The translations under genes and the position numbers were made by a program. A stretch of DNA of 64,000 bases from Octopus vulgaris (taxonomy: Eukaryota), in NCBI GenBank assembly GCA_951406725.2, contig OX597823.1:35030001-35094000 (forward strand), in the 5' to 3' direction. Below, one piece after another: positions 1-13,500 of this stretch. The notes below the pieces were generated by a model, which made no database searches, had not been told where the DNA came from, and saw nothing but the letters and a program-made list of their open reading frames with translations. Position 1 is the stretch's first letter. Each line of letters starts with the position of its first letter.

Positions 1-1859
1 GCTCTTGCTCCTTTCATCCACTCACTCTTACTTTCTACTTCTGTTATTGCCAGTTACTCTATTCTTGACTTTACCTCCAAATAACTCTACCGTTTTATCA
101 TCAGACTCTTCTCTTTTCACCCGTCTACCCATTCTGGTCCTGATGTCATTGCTCTCTACCTCCTTGGACACCTGAACAAATGTATTGGTTTTTAATTACT
201 TTCTACACTTTTACTTACATCTTTCTTGGTCACCTCTTTCAGGCCTTTTTGTTGTCATTGCTCCTTCTCTTACTCCTCTCCTCTGGCTATATGTACTCTC
301 TACTGTATATAAGGCATCTCCCTCCTTTGTTGCTGCCATAATAACATCCCCCACTGCACTCCTTCTACAGGTCATTGGTGAGTAAAACTACCTCTCTAGT
401 GCTGGTGTCACGAAAAAATTAAATGCTCTGTAAAGTGGGTGGCAAATGAGCAGTGATAGTACAGATTGTGAGGTTTTGCCAAGGACTATTCAACTCTTCT
501 TGTGTTGGTGCCATGAGAAAATGCACCTAGTGTGCTCTGTAATGTAATTGATGATATGAAGCGCATCCAGTTGTAGAAACTAGGTCAAATGTTATGTATG
601 AGCGAGCACCAGTCTATGGGAGCAACATCTCCCAGCAAGAAATGACTTTGACCATGACAAAAATCCATTTCATTCCAGCATGGAAAGCAAACATAAAATG
701 ATGGTGATTGTGGCAGTAGTGGTGGTCATGACGATTTATTTCAACACTCCATCAATTCCTCTAATGTTTCCTCACAACTCTTCTTACAACACAGTAACAA
801 ACCTGCTTGTTATACCCACCCCACGTCTTTACACTTCATGTGCAACCTCAACATTCCATGTGAGACCTGCACTACTTCTTTGAACCAAAACCTTAAAAAT
901 ATTCTTCAGTAATGACATGTTAAACTGGCATCTTGCAACAACACAGACACAATACTACACATATCAAGAGAAATACCTTACGCCTCATCTTCTTTATGCA
1001 AGAACAACAAGCAACAAAAGCCTCACAGTGTCTGATGATCTTTTAGTTGTGCAAAGCAAGTGAAAAGGCTTTAACTAGAGACTGAAACTGTAAAAATAAG
1101 TTTTAATTTATTGGAAGTATACTTTTTGCTCTCACAATTACTATGCATACACACTAAATGATAGCTCTATGTGACCACACAGCCTACAGAAATAGCAGTT
1201 AGATTCCCCTTCAAACCATATCTTACCATCTTAAAAATAGGAAGGACACATTAGATAGTGTAATTCTGGATACATTGTCTGAAAATAAGGTGGGATAGTC
1301 ATTGCTGGAGCACTTTGATCTTAGGCCCACCTGATCTGAAACTAGACAAAATAACATGCTCAAAATTAAGTTAGCTAATTATTGCAGTATACATTATCGT
1401 TATATATCTGGGAATTATAATTTAAATTCATTGTTTCATTAGACTCAAAAAGAAAAATCCTTTATGATTTCATTAGTGACAATAAAAGAAACAAATTTGT
1501 TAATTTATTTTTCTTTTTTATTTGTTTGCTGCAGAAACTTATGTGCATAAGATTCTTAAGCTTGTAAAGTAGAACAAGTTTAGCTGGTCAGCCAGTCCTG
1601 CTGTTAACTTCCATGTGCAGGTTACAATCAGAATCATAAATTACTATCTGACCTTGCTTTTCATGCTACAGTTACTCATAAGGTGTGAGGAATCTACTGA
1701 TGCAACTTAGGAACTACTTCTTGAAGTTGCATTCATTAAAGAATTAAAATTATTCCTTTCAAGAAAGAAGCTTTTGTTTAAGCATTTCTATGTTTCAGAC
1801 ATAGGAAGAATATATATTGTTACTAATTCATTTACCCTTCTTTGTTTTTCTCTTACCAG

Positions 1860-4543
1860 ATCAAAGTGGAGGCAGTACTCCAGTTCAGGACGAGCCTACA
1901 TATTCTGATGTAGAAAACCAAGTAAGTATTAAGAATCATTTGAACTGGCTCAGTTTTACATATACTTGATATTTCACTTATCTCCAACATTTTGACATTA
2001 AATCTTTTTTCAGTGAAGAAACCTTTTATTCCAAGTTTGCCATCTTGTGTAACAAACATAAACAAGCTGACAGAAATGACTAATTTTAACATGACAAGTA
2101 ATTTTAGTTGCCAGTGTTTTACTAATTTACTTCTAAACCATATTTTCAGTGTTTTACAAATTCACTTCTAACCTCTTCCTATCTCTTTCATAATGTTTCC
2201 ACTATTTATGGGCATAATATATTGACACCTACATTCAGTAGCCAAATATAGATTTATGTCTTATACAACAAAAACATCTTGTTAGCACATAGATCAAAAC
2301 CATCTTTATACATTTTTTTCCTCCACATGTGTGCACATGCATGAACACATGTGCATGCAGAGAGAAACTGACTAAAGCATTTATGTGAACCTTAACCTCT
2401 ATAGTTCTGATCATGCCTTTGTACTTTGAGCAAAACACCCTCCCCCCAATTTGCAAGTATTTTTTGCTGTTTCTTTCTTCACTCATATTTTTAGATAACA
2501 TGTTGCAGAAATATGTTTTCGAGAGAGTGTGGATTACATTAGATTGAAAATTCAAGTTTGAAATAAATAAGTGAAAATGCAGAGGTTATAGAAAGAAGTC
2601 AGTGGTAATGGTGTCTGTGGAGAGATAAAGAATGGTAAAGAATTCATCTAAAATACAAGTTAGAGTTTGTTGATGTGTGTGAAACAAGTAACAGTGTAAT
2701 ATTAAAACAAAATATCTTTTTCATACCACTTAAAATCACTGGATATAATATATATAATATATAATAATCCCAGATTGCTGAATAGATTTGAAAAACTAAA
2801 GCACTTTCCCTTTGCAATTTTTGGCACCAAAATCGGGTAACTGATGTGTTTCATTTTTGTGTGGGGAGAGAGAGAAAGAGAGAGAGTGACCAAAAAAGGG
2901 GGCTTGTGGTATATTAAGAGGTCACCGTAATTCATTCAGCGCAAAAAAAAATTGACAATGGTTGGGATGGGGGAGGGGCGGTTTCTCACCCTCCCTTTTT
3001 TCCAAACAAAAATAAAGGGTCTGTGGTATATTAGGAGGTCAGAGTACTTGATTCCATGCAAAAAATCCGATTTTTTTTGTTTTAGTGAAAATTGGGCGGG
3101 TGTACTTCCCAAGGTGGTGGGAGTGGGTGAAATTTCTGAGGGTTCCACCCACTCCATTTTCCGGACCAAAAAAAGGGTTTCGTGGCATATTAGGAGTTCA
3201 CCAAAATTCTTTCAACGTAAAAAAAAAGGAAAAAAATTTAATGATTCCAGGATGGGGGTGGGGACACCCCACTTCTTTTTTCCCGAACAAAAATAAGGGG
3301 TTTGCAGCATATTAGGAGGCCAGGGTACTTGATTCCACACAAAAAATCCAAGTTTTTATTTTTCTTAGTGAAATTATTGAAATTTACCAAAATTCCTTAT
3401 GTTTTTTCTTGGGGTTTGACTTCTATTTCGTTGTCTTCACCATGTATATTCAGTGGTTTGAGGATGTATCCATCGGATATAATATAGTTAGGCTGACTAA
3501 ATATGTTGTGTGTGACATGTATGTGTCTTTCAGTTAAACTAATTTCTTTTACTACTTGCTGTTGGTAGAATGATAAGAATAGTCAAATATATTTTTGTGG
3601 AGGAGTGTAGAAAAGATCAATTTCAGAGATAGTTTCAGTCGATTCTCTTTATTTCAAGGATATATACAATTACAACTAAATGTAAATACACCTTTAGTAA
3701 TCTCCCTTCGTCAATAAAAAGAAACTTGAAAATATATCGTATAGCAGAATGTTATTTCTAGTTTTCAGTCTAAAAGTTTGTCATGAAGGGGTGACAGGAA
3801 TTATAATGCAAATTACACTAGAGAAAGAGTTAGATTTATGACTTAAGGTCATTATAGAGAAGTATAACGTCTCATATTATTAGTGCAAATAACGTTTCAT
3901 ATTATTAGTGCAAATTAACTGTATGAGTGACTATGCTGTGACTCCACCAAATATTTTAAGCATCTCAATGGTTATTTCTAATGGTCTAGGTGGTTTCCAT
4001 TTCTTCATATCCTTAATCGCCTTATCTATCATACAACTGTCAACTCTGATAGTTTGTTCCTTAGACAATATATACCCATGCAATATTTCCAGAAGTCAGT
4101 GTCATCATGATGAGAAGGTTTTCATGAGGATCTCATATTGTTAGAAATCCCGATCCATTGTAATTACCCTGTGAGCCTCTGGGTCTGCGGGTCACTATTC
4201 ACCACTTCATCCCATGTTTTCCTGGGTTTTCCTTTTCCACAAGCTCCAGCCATGCTTTGTGTTCAACACTTCTTCATACAGCTGTCCCTGTCCATACAGA
4301 TCACATGTCTATGCCAGTGCAGCTTTCTTTCTTGTACACTACATCTGATTCTCCTTATGCCCAGTCTTTATCTCAGCTTATTTGTACTATGATATTCATG
4401 CAAACTTATATTGCATATTATGTATGTATGTATGTATATAAATAACTCTGTATTTGTATACCTGTGTGTATGTGTACACACACACAAATAATATTTAGAC
4501 CTGTGTGCTCTCTCTCTCTGTCTCTGTCTCTATGTGTGTGGTT

Positions 4544-4590
<47 letters not shown>

Positions 4591-7500
4591 CTTTATAATT
4601 AGGGTTCAGCAAAGATTTGCTTCACCACATACCGAAGTTTAGAAATAGCAGTCAAAAAATCTTAGCTATTCCTTCTACTTTAAAAGGGGCTCCCAGAAAA
4701 ACCAAAGTACTTGAAGTATGTGGTGAAGCAAATCTTTGCTGAACCCTAATTATAAAGTATTACTTAAGCTTACCATGAAATGGTCTTCTTCATGCTGAAT
4801 TCTACTTGGTGAAATTACTGATTACTTCTTAATTAATTAATTTTGCCCTTTGTTATTATTGATCATATATGTGTGTGTGTGTGCGTGTGTACTTGTTATT
4901 TTACTTGCCTGTTAATTGTCAATGTGGCCAGAATACTTAAAACCACTAATCTTGTCATCAATTTTATAACTTCATTTATCCCCCCCCCCGTATCTCAGAT
5001 TTCTATCTGTCTCTGATGCCCCTTTTTTCTATTTATGTCTGTGTTCTTACAGTCATTATTCACATAGTGTTCAGTCTATCTGTTATGTATGCAATGTATT
5101 GTTATTTATATATGAATTCATTATGCACCTTTGTATATACATATGTATAGAGCCATTCCATAACATATGGATGATGAAATGTTTAATTTCTCCATAAAGA
5201 ACAAAGCCTCTATGTTTGAAATGCACATTTGAATAGAAGAGAAGTAGGTTACAATTCACAAAATTTTAATTGACCAGCAGTTAAAAGTGTATCTTTTTTT
5301 TTTTTTTGACAACAAATTGCATTCCAGCTGTGACATTGAAAAACCTGCTTTTTTGTACCAGGCATGTTTCGAAGTAAAGTTCTCTGAAAATGTTCTTTTC
5401 CAGACACCTGTTTAAATTGAAAACAAATGCTACATTTGTGAAAATATATAAACTCAAATTATAATCTGAGCTGATATTGTTGGGTATAATCCTTTATAAC
5501 ATAGGTTTCTAGATGTGACATTCCAGATGTGACACTGCACAAAAAGTATGAAAAGTGCTATTCTCAAAAATATTTTGTATTGTCCAATTCACATGAAAAT
5601 ATCTAAAAAAATGGTAACCACAACAAACTTAATTTAACTAAACACCAAAAAAATAAAAAAGTAAAATGGAGTTATCAAATTTATTTCATAGCATTATGAA
5701 CTTAGTTTTCATGACATGTCATATCAAAGCAAGGCAAAAGTTCAACTATTTGATTTTCATGCGTCTTCCTGATCTCATTGTTAGCTTTCACTTTGCTGAC
5801 AATGTCTGTGTACATGGTATCTGCAGTATTCATCAATATCAAGTTTTTTTCTTATTCATGCACACATATATTGCATATTATGGTTTCTTTAGGTCAGTAA
5901 ATGTTAGATATAGTTGCTTGGTCTCTGCTAAAAAGTTTTGTAGTTGTTTTTCAAAGGAAAGAGTATTGTGGGGGATATTCTTTTGTACAAACTTGAATTG
6001 CATTTCATCTAATGTTATTTTCTTTCTAATGAGGTTTTCTTTTACTCTTTCTGTTACTATCATGATTTGAGCCAGCAGTTTGATTTCTCTGAAGTAGCTT
6101 CCTTTTTCCTTTTTTTTTTTTTTTTTGCTCTTGAAGCAGTTGATACAAATTGTACCACAATACTAACCGTTGGAGATGACAATGTACATTTTGATTGACT
6201 TCAGTAACTGACTATTATGTGCTCTACTACACCAGATATTTTCACCATCTCAGCAACTGTCTATAATGGCTTGGCTGTTTTCTCTGTCTTCATGTCTGTA
6301 GTTTTTATGACTCCTATGCATCTTCCACATATAAACACTACTTTTTCTGATAATCTTCCTATTATTAAGTAAATTAGTAATTTGTTAGTACCAATGACAC
6401 CTTGTAACTGTGACCTCAACAAATGTGAAATGCAACTGGCTAGATATTAGTAAATTGTCTCAATTTTGTCACAGGATAGAAGCATACATAGATTCAACAA
6501 CTATTACATGTTTATTTTGGCCACTAATACAATGTAATTCTGTTAGTGTTACTATCATACACTTGTTATAATGATAATAAATTGATTTAAATTGATGTGT
6601 TTTGCTTTTGTTTGCACTAGTATTGAAATTTGGTTAATAAGGAGTTCCTTAATGTTAAAAACTATATTGTACTTACATTTATTGAAAATGATGTTGATAC
6701 AGTAAGCCATGGCATACTGAATCATCAACTTAATATCATGTTACGTCACAGATATTTTTAAGAAAGGCATAAATGTAATAACTCCTTCTTCCCATCACTA
6801 ATTGTTATATCTAATCACAAAAGTAAATAATTGTATTTTTTTTCTTGCAGGACATTGAGAATAGTGATGATGAAGAAGAAAATCATACAAATTCTTTAAA
6901 GAATTGCAGAGCTGCTGATTCCGATGAGTATATCAGTGATGGAGGTGAATTTGTACGTGAAGATGTTCAGCGTGAATTGGAAGATGAAGAAGTAGAAAGA
7001 GAAGAAGTTGAAAGAAATTCTGATGAAAATATTTCAGATGATAATGAGGAAGATGACAATAATAATGAGGATGATGATAATAATGATGCTGATGCTCCTA
7101 ATCATCCTGGATCTATATCCAGTGCAAATCGCAGTCGCTCAGTTTCTCCAGCTCATAGTAGATCAGATCGAAGTCGTTCAACATCCCCTCAGAGTCCAAT
7201 CCATTCTCCAATGTCTGTGCCAAAAAGTAACTCAAATCCAAGTCGATCTCCTTCTCCAGTCAATCAACACTCTAGGTCTCCCTTAGACAGTCCATCACAG
7301 TCCAGAAGTCGGTCAGGTTCTCCTGCTTCGCAGAGAAGTCGTTCTGATTCTGCACAAAGTCAACGCTCAGATTCAGCTGCCTCTCATAGAAGTAGTTCGT
7401 GGTCTCCATCGCGTCAAAATGAATCTCAGTCAGTCCACAGAAGTCGTTCAGGATCAGTTGCATCTCAACGAAGTCACTCAAGTTCTCACAGAAGTGCTTC

Positions 7501-10500
7501 TGGCTCTCCTGCATCACATCACAGTGAATCCAGGTCATGGCGTTCAGGTTCTGCTGAATCACAGAGAAGTTTATCTGGATCTCGGCATAGTGCTTCTCGG
7601 TCACCAGTATCCCACCAAAGTCAGTCAGGGTCATCTGTTTCAAATAGAAGTCGTTCTAGGTCACGAAGGAGTCAATCTGGCTCTCCAGCTTCCCAGCACA
7701 GTGGTGGTTATATGTCTCCGCAAAGGATTGATTCTAAATCATCACCATCACACAAAAGTCAGTCAAGTCCAGCAGGTTCAGTGAAATCCCCTTTAAGTGT
7801 TTCCAATGTTCAGAACAGTCAACCTGATTCTCCTGTTGCTCCAGTAGCCAGTCCTCTGCCTCTCTCTCATGTTAAGAATAAAAGAGAAAATCTTTTTACA
7901 GACAGTGAAAATTCTGATTCAGAATCAGAACAAATAAAACGTAGGATACAAGGCCAAATTCAAAGTGATAGCGAAGATGAAGATGAAAAACTAAGAAGCA
8001 ATATTAACAGGTATGTTTATTATTATTATTATTATTATCATCATCATCATCATCATCATCCTTCAACCAGTTTTGTTTGTTGTCTACACCACCTGTCTTC
8101 GTTTTTGTTTTTTTTGTGAATTCTCCCTATATTGCTATCTTCTTGTTCACGTAGAACTATATTGTTCAATGTGTCCTTTCCTAATGAAAGATAGTATTGG
8201 TTCTGGGTAGTAAGAAAAGTAAGTGATATCACTGCAGTTAGGGAGGTGATGAGGTATCTCAAGGAAAAGAAATTGGATGAAGGGCACAACAGTGAATATA
8301 TATATATTTGCACACACAGCTGAACAGAACTCAGTTTTGCCAAGCTGGGCAGGTCTTCTCAAGAACAGCATATTGCATATCATCCCATTTCTTTTCTTAT
8401 TTCCTCTGTGAGGTTCAAGGTCCTGAGGTTAGCCTTCATTAATTCATTCTGTGTCTTACTGGGTCTCCCTTTCCTGGAAGCTTTATCCACATGAAGTGAT
8501 TAGCACTTCTTTATACAACTGTTCTCATCCATTGGCAGATGGCAATTTAGGTTGAGAAGTTGGCAAAGTGAACTTGCACAAGTGCAAATATAATGGGTAA
8601 CTTTCACATGTTTCTGTTATTAGTCTGTTGTCATCCTGGGGTGTCACCTTGAAGATTTTTCTTTTAGTAGAGTCTGATTTGGTGCTAATCAAAATCAATA
8701 TTATTTCTCTATATTGACATTTATGCTCTATTTCTTTATGTATATATTTATTTGGTTTGCTAATTATAGAGCTTTATCAACTGGTCTGGAGTCTGATGAT
8801 GATGATGATGATGATGATGGAGATAATAAAACGTCTCATGGCAGAACTGCTGAAAGAGTTACCCAAAAGTCAACTAAAAGAATATTATCTGATTCTGAAG
8901 ATGAACCATCCAAAGGTAAATTAGTATGATATGGAACTGATGATTCATTTATTTTCATTTTGTTGTATTTGTTTTGAAATGGCACAGTGGTTGAGAGAGT
9001 TTAGACTACAGATTTCATATCATTCCACAAGTATTTTCCTTTGTTTTTGAGTTTGGTATTTTTACTTTGGTTCAATAAAATTCAAAATGAAAGAAAGAAA
9101 GAAAAAGAAAATTAATCAGATGTTAAACACAATGCTGTTCATTGAGAAATTATAGAAAAACACTTTTGTACTAGGTTACTGTATAGTAAAAAGCTTACTT
9201 TCCGACTAAATTGACGCCATTCGTCTACCTATATTACTAAGTTTCTAAGAATACCTGGTGGATGATTGGATTCTTTGCTAATATAATATAGCTTATCATT
9301 AGGCTTATAGTAAGGTTTGAATTTATCTGACTGTAAATCTAAATTTATATCTAAGAAATCTACACTTTTAAGGTTAGTATCTACTGTAATCTGTAAGCCC
9401 ATCCTTTGGAAGAAAGCAATTAGATCCTTCCTTAGCTTATCTAATTCATGGCCATTTAAAGTATATATATATATATATACCTGTGCGGGTGGCACGTAAA
9501 AAGCACCCACTACACTCTCGGAGTGTTTGGCATTAGGAAGGGCATTCAGCCGTAGAAACACTGCCAGATTTGACTGGGCCTGATGAAGCCTTCTGGCTTC
9601 ACAGACCCCAGTAGAACCGTCCAACCCATGCTAGCATGGAAAACGGACGCTAAACGACGACGATGATGATGATGATGATGATATATATCATCATCATTTA
9701 GCCTCCGTTTTCTATACTGGCATGAGTTAAACGATTTGACTGAATCTGGTAAACTGGAGAGCTGTACTAGGCCCCAGTCTGTTTTGGCCTAGTTTCTATG
9801 GCTTGATGCCCTTCCTAATGCCAACCACTCTAAGAGTGTAGTGAGTGCCTTTTTTGTGTCACCAACACAGATGCCTTTATGTGTCACACGCACTGGTACC
9901 TTATACATGTTGCTGGCATGGGTGCCTTTTATGTGTTACTGGTACTGTCCATGACTACAATTTCACTTTGACAAGTCTTCTCAAGTACAGCAAATTGCCA
10001 CGAAATAATAAATTCCAAAAGAAGAGAAGCTAAAATATAAAGCCTTAGAGGCAAATGAAAGACCAAATAAACTAAGGTCACATGTGCAAAAGTTTTACAT
10101 ATATATATATACCTTCGAACTTTAGGCCTCACTGAGGAAATGACCAGCGACCGAGACCTTTGGAAATATGCTGTACGTGAGAAGACCAGGCAGGACAAGT
10201 GAGCCCAGCCCACTTATGAATGCCTTTTCTCCCTTGGACACAAAGACCTGTTGAGGCAAGCGAAGTCGATATAGAACCTCATCTGACGACAGGCACCCAT
10301 GCCAACCCCCTTTGCTTGCGAAGACATGTTGGGGCAAGCGAAATCGAAATCGAAATCGAATTGAACCAGCCAGGATCCCTGGTCTGGTGGTACGTAAAAA
10401 GCACTATCCGACTCGTGGCCGATGCCAGCACCGCCTCCACTGGCTTCCGTGCCGGTGGCACGTAAAATACACCAATCCGACCGTACGACAGGCACCTATG

Positions 10501-13500
10501 CCAACCCCCTTTGCTTGCGAAGACATGTTGGGGCAAGCGAAATCGAAATCGAATTGAACCAGCCAGGATCCCTGGTCTGGTGGTACGTAAAAAGCACTAT
10601 CCGACTCATGGCCGATGCCAGCGCCGCCTCGACTGGCTTCCGTGCCGGTGGCACATAAAATACACCAATCCGACCGTGGCCGTTGCCAGCCTCGCCTGGC
10701 ACCTGTGCAGGTGGCACGTAAAAAGCACCCACTACACTCACGGAGTGGTTGGCGTTAGGAAGGGCATCCAGCTGTAGAAACATTGCCAGATAAGATTGGA
10801 GCCTGGTGCAGCCTTCTGGCTTCCCAGATCCCCGGTCAAACCATCCAACCCATGCCAGCATGGAGAACAGACGTTAAACGATGATGATGATGATGATGAT
10901 GAACTGAAGTGTTTGTATATTTTTAAGCATTTTATTACTATCGAAATCGATCAATGGAAATTGCAGATGTGTTACCAGTGCCGGTGGCATGTAAGAGAAC
11001 CTTCCGTTTCGCGACCGTTGCCAGCACCGCCCCGTTTCGTGTCTGTTGCCAGCCTCGCCTGGCCCTCGTGCCGGTGGCACATAAAAAGCACCATCCGTTC
11101 GTGGCCGTTTGCCAGCTCTGTCTGGCACCTGTGCGGGTGGCACGTAAAAAGCACCCACTACACTCACGGAGTGGTTGGCATTAGGAAGGGCATCCAGCCG
11201 TAGAAACACTGCCAGATTTCACTGGGCCTGATGAAGCCTTCTGGCTTCACAGACCCCAGTAGAACCGTCCAACCCATGCTAGCATGGAAAACGGACGCTA
11301 AACGATGATGATGATGATGATGATAATAAAAAATGTGGTATGTTATTGTCTTAAGCAAGACTTCTTATATTAACCCACTGCTGGTTAGATGTCTTCTAAC
11401 CTCACCCACCTCCTGTTGCTAGCTTCCTTTTTCATTGTAAAAATTCTTGCATATGAGACTTTGATTCATTCAGTCATTCATTTGCTTACTGCCAAGTACA
11501 AAATATTTAACTTAAGATGATTGTTGCTGATTTTTCTGTCCTTTTCCTAAATATGTAATTTAACATATCTGCTTGCAAAAACTCTGCCAATCCATCTTCT
11601 TAATTGCTCATTCATCATCATCATCATTTAACGTTTGTGTTCCATGCTAGTGGGACGGTACCATAAGAGCTGGCCAGGCCAAAGCCTGCACCAGACTTCT
11701 GTGACTGTTTTGGCAGGATTTTTACAGCTGAATGCCCTTCTGAACACCATCTAGGGCCATTTTTTAGCCTTTCTTTTGTTCCGGATTGCAACACAGTGTG
11801 TCAGAGAAAATGATGATGTTGTAGAAGATAAGTATTTTTGATTGGTTGATGGTACACATGCACTTAATGATTCTGAATGGAAAGAGGCATGGAAGTGTCA
11901 CTATGAAAGGCTGCTAAACACGGAGAATGCTTTGGAACAGGGAGCCTTCCTAATGTGAACCCAACAGAGGGACCAACTATCTAAGTCAACAACTGCATGT
12001 TAGATAAAGCAGTTAAGGATATGAAGATAGGTAAAGCCTCTGGCCCATCAGGAATTACCACTCTGATGCTTAAAGTATCTTGCGGAGTGGAATATGGCCT
12101 AGTCACCCATATAGTTTATCTGATTGTCCAGGAAGAGGTCATACCTGATGACTTGTGTAGCAGCATCATAGTTTAATGCTACGAAGGTAAAGGAAATTCC
12201 TTAGACAGATTAATTGCAGGTGTATCAAATTTCTGGACCAGAAAGACTCATAACTCTGTTGCAGAAAGACTCCTAACTCAACTAATTGGATAATGTCCTA
12301 GCTACACTGGCAAAAAAAGAAAAAGCAATAAAAACAGGATGGTAATGACTGAAATGCCTTGTAATCAAAAGTTTGCTTAATCAAAGTTGACCATAGGCTA
12401 AACAACCACAACCATTAAAGTGTTGGGAAGGGATGAAAACGTTGGAAGGTTCTGCACAAGCTATATCCAGTAACAAATAATCATCATTTCTTTTTACTCT
12501 TTGCTAATTACATATTGCCAGTTTTTTGAAGTTCAGTTATCTTTTACATTCTAGCCAAAGGAAGTGAAAACGAAGATGATGAAAGTGATAAAGAGTAAGT
12601 TTTACTATAATTGACTAATTTTTCATCTCTGTATATTGCACTGTTATAAGAAACCAATTTAATTATCTTAACCAAGAACACAAGAAATCAAAATGATTCT
12701 GACTGTATATGCATGCACATACATACACTTGTTTGCATGTATTTTTCTCTGTGTGTGTATACGCACACACACATACTCACACTCTCTTCTATCTTGCAGG
12801 ACTGGTGAGAAACTCATTGCTGATATTTTTGGCTCAAGTGATGAAGATGAAGAGTTTGAGGTATTACATTATGTCACTAGTATTTTAGAGCTATATTGAG
12901 TGTGATGTCACATTATAGTGACTTATGATTATTGAATGTTAATGATCTGCAATGACTGGATGAGAATGTTTTGAATATATTTTAATTGTTGGGTGCTTAA
13001 AAGTTTATATTAGTGAGAATAAATGTTTTTAATTTGGGCTTATTGGTACAAACATGTATTCTAAATGAATGATGTTTCTATGATTTGATGGAGAGGATTG
13101 AGGTTTGAGTTGAAATACATGGCAGACAAATCTAAGTTTTTTTCATTGATAGTTTTTCAGCAATTTTATTGTTCAGAAATACTCTCAGATCATTTTCAAA
13201 GGGAAAGTTTTGTTTATCAAATAGTCTGCAATAAATAGATCACTTTGGCCTGTTTGTTTAATTTCTATTGATATTTTAATTTTTTTACTCTGAATTGAGA
13301 AATATCAGGTCTAGATTTAGCTACATCGAAGCTAAGAATAATTTTGCTTAAGAATAGTTGTTTTTCATTAGTATGGATTTACTTTAGAGTGATGAGAGAC
13401 CTGGTTGATAACTCTGGTGGAAGATTTGGCAGGCTTAGGCTTGACCTGGGAGCAAGCTTTGGATGGGCTTGCAACCATGCTCTATGGAGATCTTGTTGCC

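Noticed and set aside
8011-8119. Poly-Tyr/poly-His tail of ORF 6845-8119
   Set aside because: It is read-through past the GT donor at 8011 into an intronic (TAT)n(CAT)n microsatellite.
10122-11358. Many overlapping 60-135 aa ORFs, also at 56506-58287
   Set aside because: They are chance frames in GC-richer retroposon copies; the same peptides recur wherever the repeat occurs.
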